A stretch of DNA of 64,000 bases from Azolla caroliniana (Eukaryota > Plantae > Polypodiophyta). The notes beneath the pieces are model-generated. The model was not told the DNA's origin. It did no database searches and saw only the letters and a program-made list of their open reading frames with translations. Positions within the stretch are counted from its first letter, which is position 1. Each line of letters opens with the position of its first letter. The DNA lies in NCBI GenBank assembly GCA_043228905.1, contig JBHGNT010000004.1, forward strand, positions 2,480,001 to 2,544,000. The letters are read 5' to 3'. Shown here one piece after another: positions 61,293-64,000 of the stretch. Both the position numbers and the translations under genes were made by a program.

Positions 61293-63998
61293 ATCCCCCC
61301 CACGTGGAGGATGCTCAAGTATGTTGCGAGAGCTCATGCCCAACATGTCTCTACATTTCTTGAATTTGTGTGTATCCAATGGCTTTGTAAGAATGTCTGC
61401 AGCCATGTCTATGCTTGAACAATGTTCTAGTATGATGTCCCTTTGCTCAATGATATCCTTCACAAAATGATACTTGATATCCACATGTTTAGCACGCTTT
61501 GTACTTCCTGAATTTGTGGCCATAAATACTGCAGCTCGATTATCATTGAGTGTTGGAATGGGTTTATTTACATGTAGACCGGATTCATTGATTAGGTTGG
61601 ATGCCCATAGAACTTCTTTGATTCCATATGCCAATGCCATATATTCTGCCTCTGTTGTTGATAATGCCACACTATTTTGTTTTTTGCTTCCCCATAGAGC
61701 TACCACGTTGCCAATAAAAACACAATAGCCAGAAATAGACTTTCGATCGGTGGGGTCACTTGCCCAATCAGCATCCACATGCAATCTCATATCTGAGGAA
61801 CTAGCTTGAAATGTAAGTCCCAAGTCACTTGTCCCTTTTAAATATTTTAAGATTCGTTTTGCAGCTTTCCAATGAGTAATGCTAGGGTTCTCTAAGAATT
61901 GACTTAGTTTATTAGTTGCAAATGAAATATCTGGTCTTGTACAAATACTAGCATACATAAGAGAACCAATTAATGACCTGTATGGAAAATTTACCGTATC
62001 ACCTTTGTTATGAAGATTTGAAAGGTGTGACAGTCCTTCCATAGGTGTGCTTGTTGGATAACAACTTGCCATATGAAACCTTTCCAATATTTGTGAAATG
62101 TATCCTTGTTGGGAGAAGTGAATAGCTCTTTTACCTTGATTGTATAAAATGTCAATCCCTAAGCAAAAGGAGATGACACCCATATCTTCCATGTCAAATT
62201 CTGCGTTTAAGATGTCTTTTAAATATTGGGTGGCTGAAAATGTATTGGCCATGATGATTATATCATCAACATATACCGCAACAATAATATGTTTTTTATT
62301 GTTACAAAGAACATAGATGCTTTGATCCGATTTGCAACAAGTAAAATTATTTTGTAGAAAGAAATTATGGAGGCGGATATACCAACATCTTCCAGCTTGC
62401 CTTAAGCCGTAAAGTGACTTCTTAAGTCGACATGTTTGCGTTGGTTCCTCCTTGTTCATCTTTGGTAATGTCATATATATTTCTTCATTTAATTCTCCGT
62501 TAAGAAAAGCTGTTTTTACATCCATTTGATGGATTTCCCAACCTTGTGCACATGCCTTTATTAATTCGACCCGAATGGAAGTGATGAGGGCAGTTGGCGC
62601 ATAAGTTTCAGTGAAATCAATGCCAGCGATTTGTTTGAAGCCTTGAGCTACTAATCTAGCCTTGTATTTGATAGGAGTCCCATTTGATCCTCTCTTGATT
62701 TTGAACACCCATTTGGAACCTATGGTTTGTTGCCTTTCACTTCCTTTTATAAGTTCCCATGTACCGTTTTTTTGATGCGCTTCAAGCTCCAAATGTATTG
62801 CCTCTTCCCACTTTGCTTTATCTGGTGAAAGTAAAGCTTCTTTTAAATTGGATGGTTCAAACATTTCAGATTCTACACTTACATTGCACTCAAATGAGGG
62901 ATCTCTAAGGATAGAAGATGGTCTTCTAATTCTTTGACCTCGCCTCAAACAAGATGATGCAATTTCCATTTCATTTGGTGATATTTCTTCTCTTATTGTG
63001 GTTTCGTCACATGGTTCTTCACCACAAAATGTGTCTTCATTTTCCTGCAAAATGCTATCAATGATCATGTGTGAACTTTTAACACTAGATTTGTTACTTT
63101 CTTCTTGCATTTTGCAAGGGAAATGATCTTCATCGAACAACACGTTGCGAGTGACAAACACTCGTTTTTGCTCTTCATTCCAAACTCTATACCCATAGCC
63201 TGGATCCTCATACCCGATCATAATTCCTTGCTTGGCAGTTGGATCCAACTTATGACGAAGTGGACGAGGTACATGGAAGTATGCCTTGCAACCAAAAGGA
63301 CGAAGATGAGTTATACTAACCCTTTTTTGTTGCCAAATTTCCTCCGGGCATCCTCCACGTATAAGCTTTGTTGGGAGTCGATTGAGTATATATGCTGCAC
63401 ATTTGGATGCTTCTCCCCAAAATTCTAATGATAATTTGCTATCTATCAACATACATCTTACCATATCCATGATAGTCCTATTTTTTCTTTCAGCCACACC
63501 ATTTAGTTGAGGAGTGTAGCTAGGGGTAAATTCTTGTGTAATACCATGATTAGAACAAAAAGAGCCAAAAATATGTGACTTGAACTCTCCACCTCTGTCT
63601 GATCTTACTTTGGTTATTGAGAGCCCAAGTTCAGACTCTGTGAGTGCCTTAAATTTTTGAAAATACTCAAAAGTGTCATCTTTGCATGAAAGAGGATATG
63701 CAAAAGTTTTTCGTGTATAATCATCTGTGACAACATATAAGTATCTTGCTCCTCCTATTGATGGCACATGCATTGGGCCACAAAGATCCATATGGACTAA
63801 TTCAAGAGGCCTACTAGCTAAAATTCCCCTTTTTGTATTAAATGGTTGTCGAGTAAACTTGCCTAGCTGACAACTCTCACATAAGTATTGTTGACTTACT
63901 TGGAGAATTTCTTTGTTTGAGATATTAATGTCCCTTACTTTCCTAAGTTTGTCAAAATTGACATGCCCGAATCTTTTATGCCATTGTAAGGCTTTCTT
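61290..63998 (-). CDS. Copia pol, partial (pre-integrase, integrase, RT, RNase H)
   Basis: WHKRFGH, CESCQLGK, DLCGP, SDRGGEF, VYVDDII, DADWA, KHVDIKYH; frame open to the window edge. Confidence 0.95.
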   Translation of the reverse strand, partial: KKALQWHKRFGHVNFDKLRKVRDINISNKEILQVSQQYLCESCQLGKFTRQPFNTKRGILASRPLELVHMDLCGPMHVPSIGGARYLYVVTDDYTRKTFAYPLSCKDDTFEYFQKFKALTESELGLSITKVRSDRGGEFKSHIFGSFCSNHGITQEFTPSYTPQLNGVAERKNRTIMDMVRCMLIDSKLSLEFWGEASKCAAYILNRLPTKLIRGGCPEEIWQQKRVSITHLRPFGCKAYFHVPRPLRHKLDPTAKQGIMIGYEDPGYGYRVWNEEQKRVFVTRNVLFDEDHFPCKMQEESNKSSVKSSHMIIDSILQENEDTFCGEEPCDETTIREEISPNEMEIASSCLRRGQRIRRPSSILRDPSFECNVSVESEMFEPSNLKEALLSPDKAKWEEAIHLELEAHQKNGTWELIKGSERQQTIGSKWVFKIKRGSNGTPIKYKARLVAQGFKQIAGIDFTETYAPTALITSIRVELIKACAQGWEIHQMDVKTAFLNGELNEEIYMTLPKMNKEEPTQTCRLKKSLYGLRQAGRCWYIRLHNFFLQNNFTCCKSDQSIYVLCNNKKHIIVAVYVDDIIIMANTFSATQYLKDILNAEFDMEDMGVISFCLGIDILYNQGKRAIHFSQQGYISQILERFHMASCYPTSTPMEGLSHLSNLHNKGDTVNFPYRSLIGSLMYASICTRPDISFATNKLSQFLENPSITHWKAAKRILKYLKGTSDLGLTFQASSSDMRLHVDADWASDPTDRKSISGYCVFIGNVVALWGSKKQNSVALSTTEAEYMALAYGIKEVLWASNLINESGLHVNKPIPTLNDNRAAVFMATNSGSTKRAKHVDIKYHFVKDIIEQRDIILEHCSSIDMAADILTKPLDTHKFKKCRDMLGMSSRNILEHPPRGGD

Positions 63999-64000
63999 CC

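Larger units (their letters stand above)
59239..64000 (-). mobile_element. Second Ty1/copia element (different, AT-rich family), continues beyond the window
   Basis: Open pol, PPT GTGGGGGGGAT, LTR start at 61292. Confidence 0.9.

Overview
Land-plant nuclear DNA, probably a fern (inferred from the PLS-PPR remnant and transposon types, not proven). Bases 1587-22226 are one 5'-truncated L1-type LINE with a 14-bp TSD and poly-A tail. Its ORF2 is split by two young, complete, antisense LTR retrotransposons: a Ty1/copia (3896-9193) and a non-chromovirus Ty3/gypsy (10876-20762) that has identical LTRs and a ~970-aa extra ORF after pol. The rest holds four intron-containing host genes reconstructed by eye: a BRX-family gene with a single BRX domain (+), a PUX8/9/13-like UBX gene (+), an ABHD6-like alpha/beta hydrolase with a microsatellite-built loop (-) and an LSD1-like triple zinc-finger gene (-). 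There are also two Mutator-like MITEs, a solo LTR, a PPR remnant and a second copia running off the right end. The most unusual signal is at 54847-56422: an apparent ~163-bp satellite is an array of 11 diverged copies of the LSD1 C-terminal 'VENPM..DESG' exon plus its intron, most with intact phase-0 AG/GT sites. All gene models and counts are manual and need RNA-seq/HMM confirmation.
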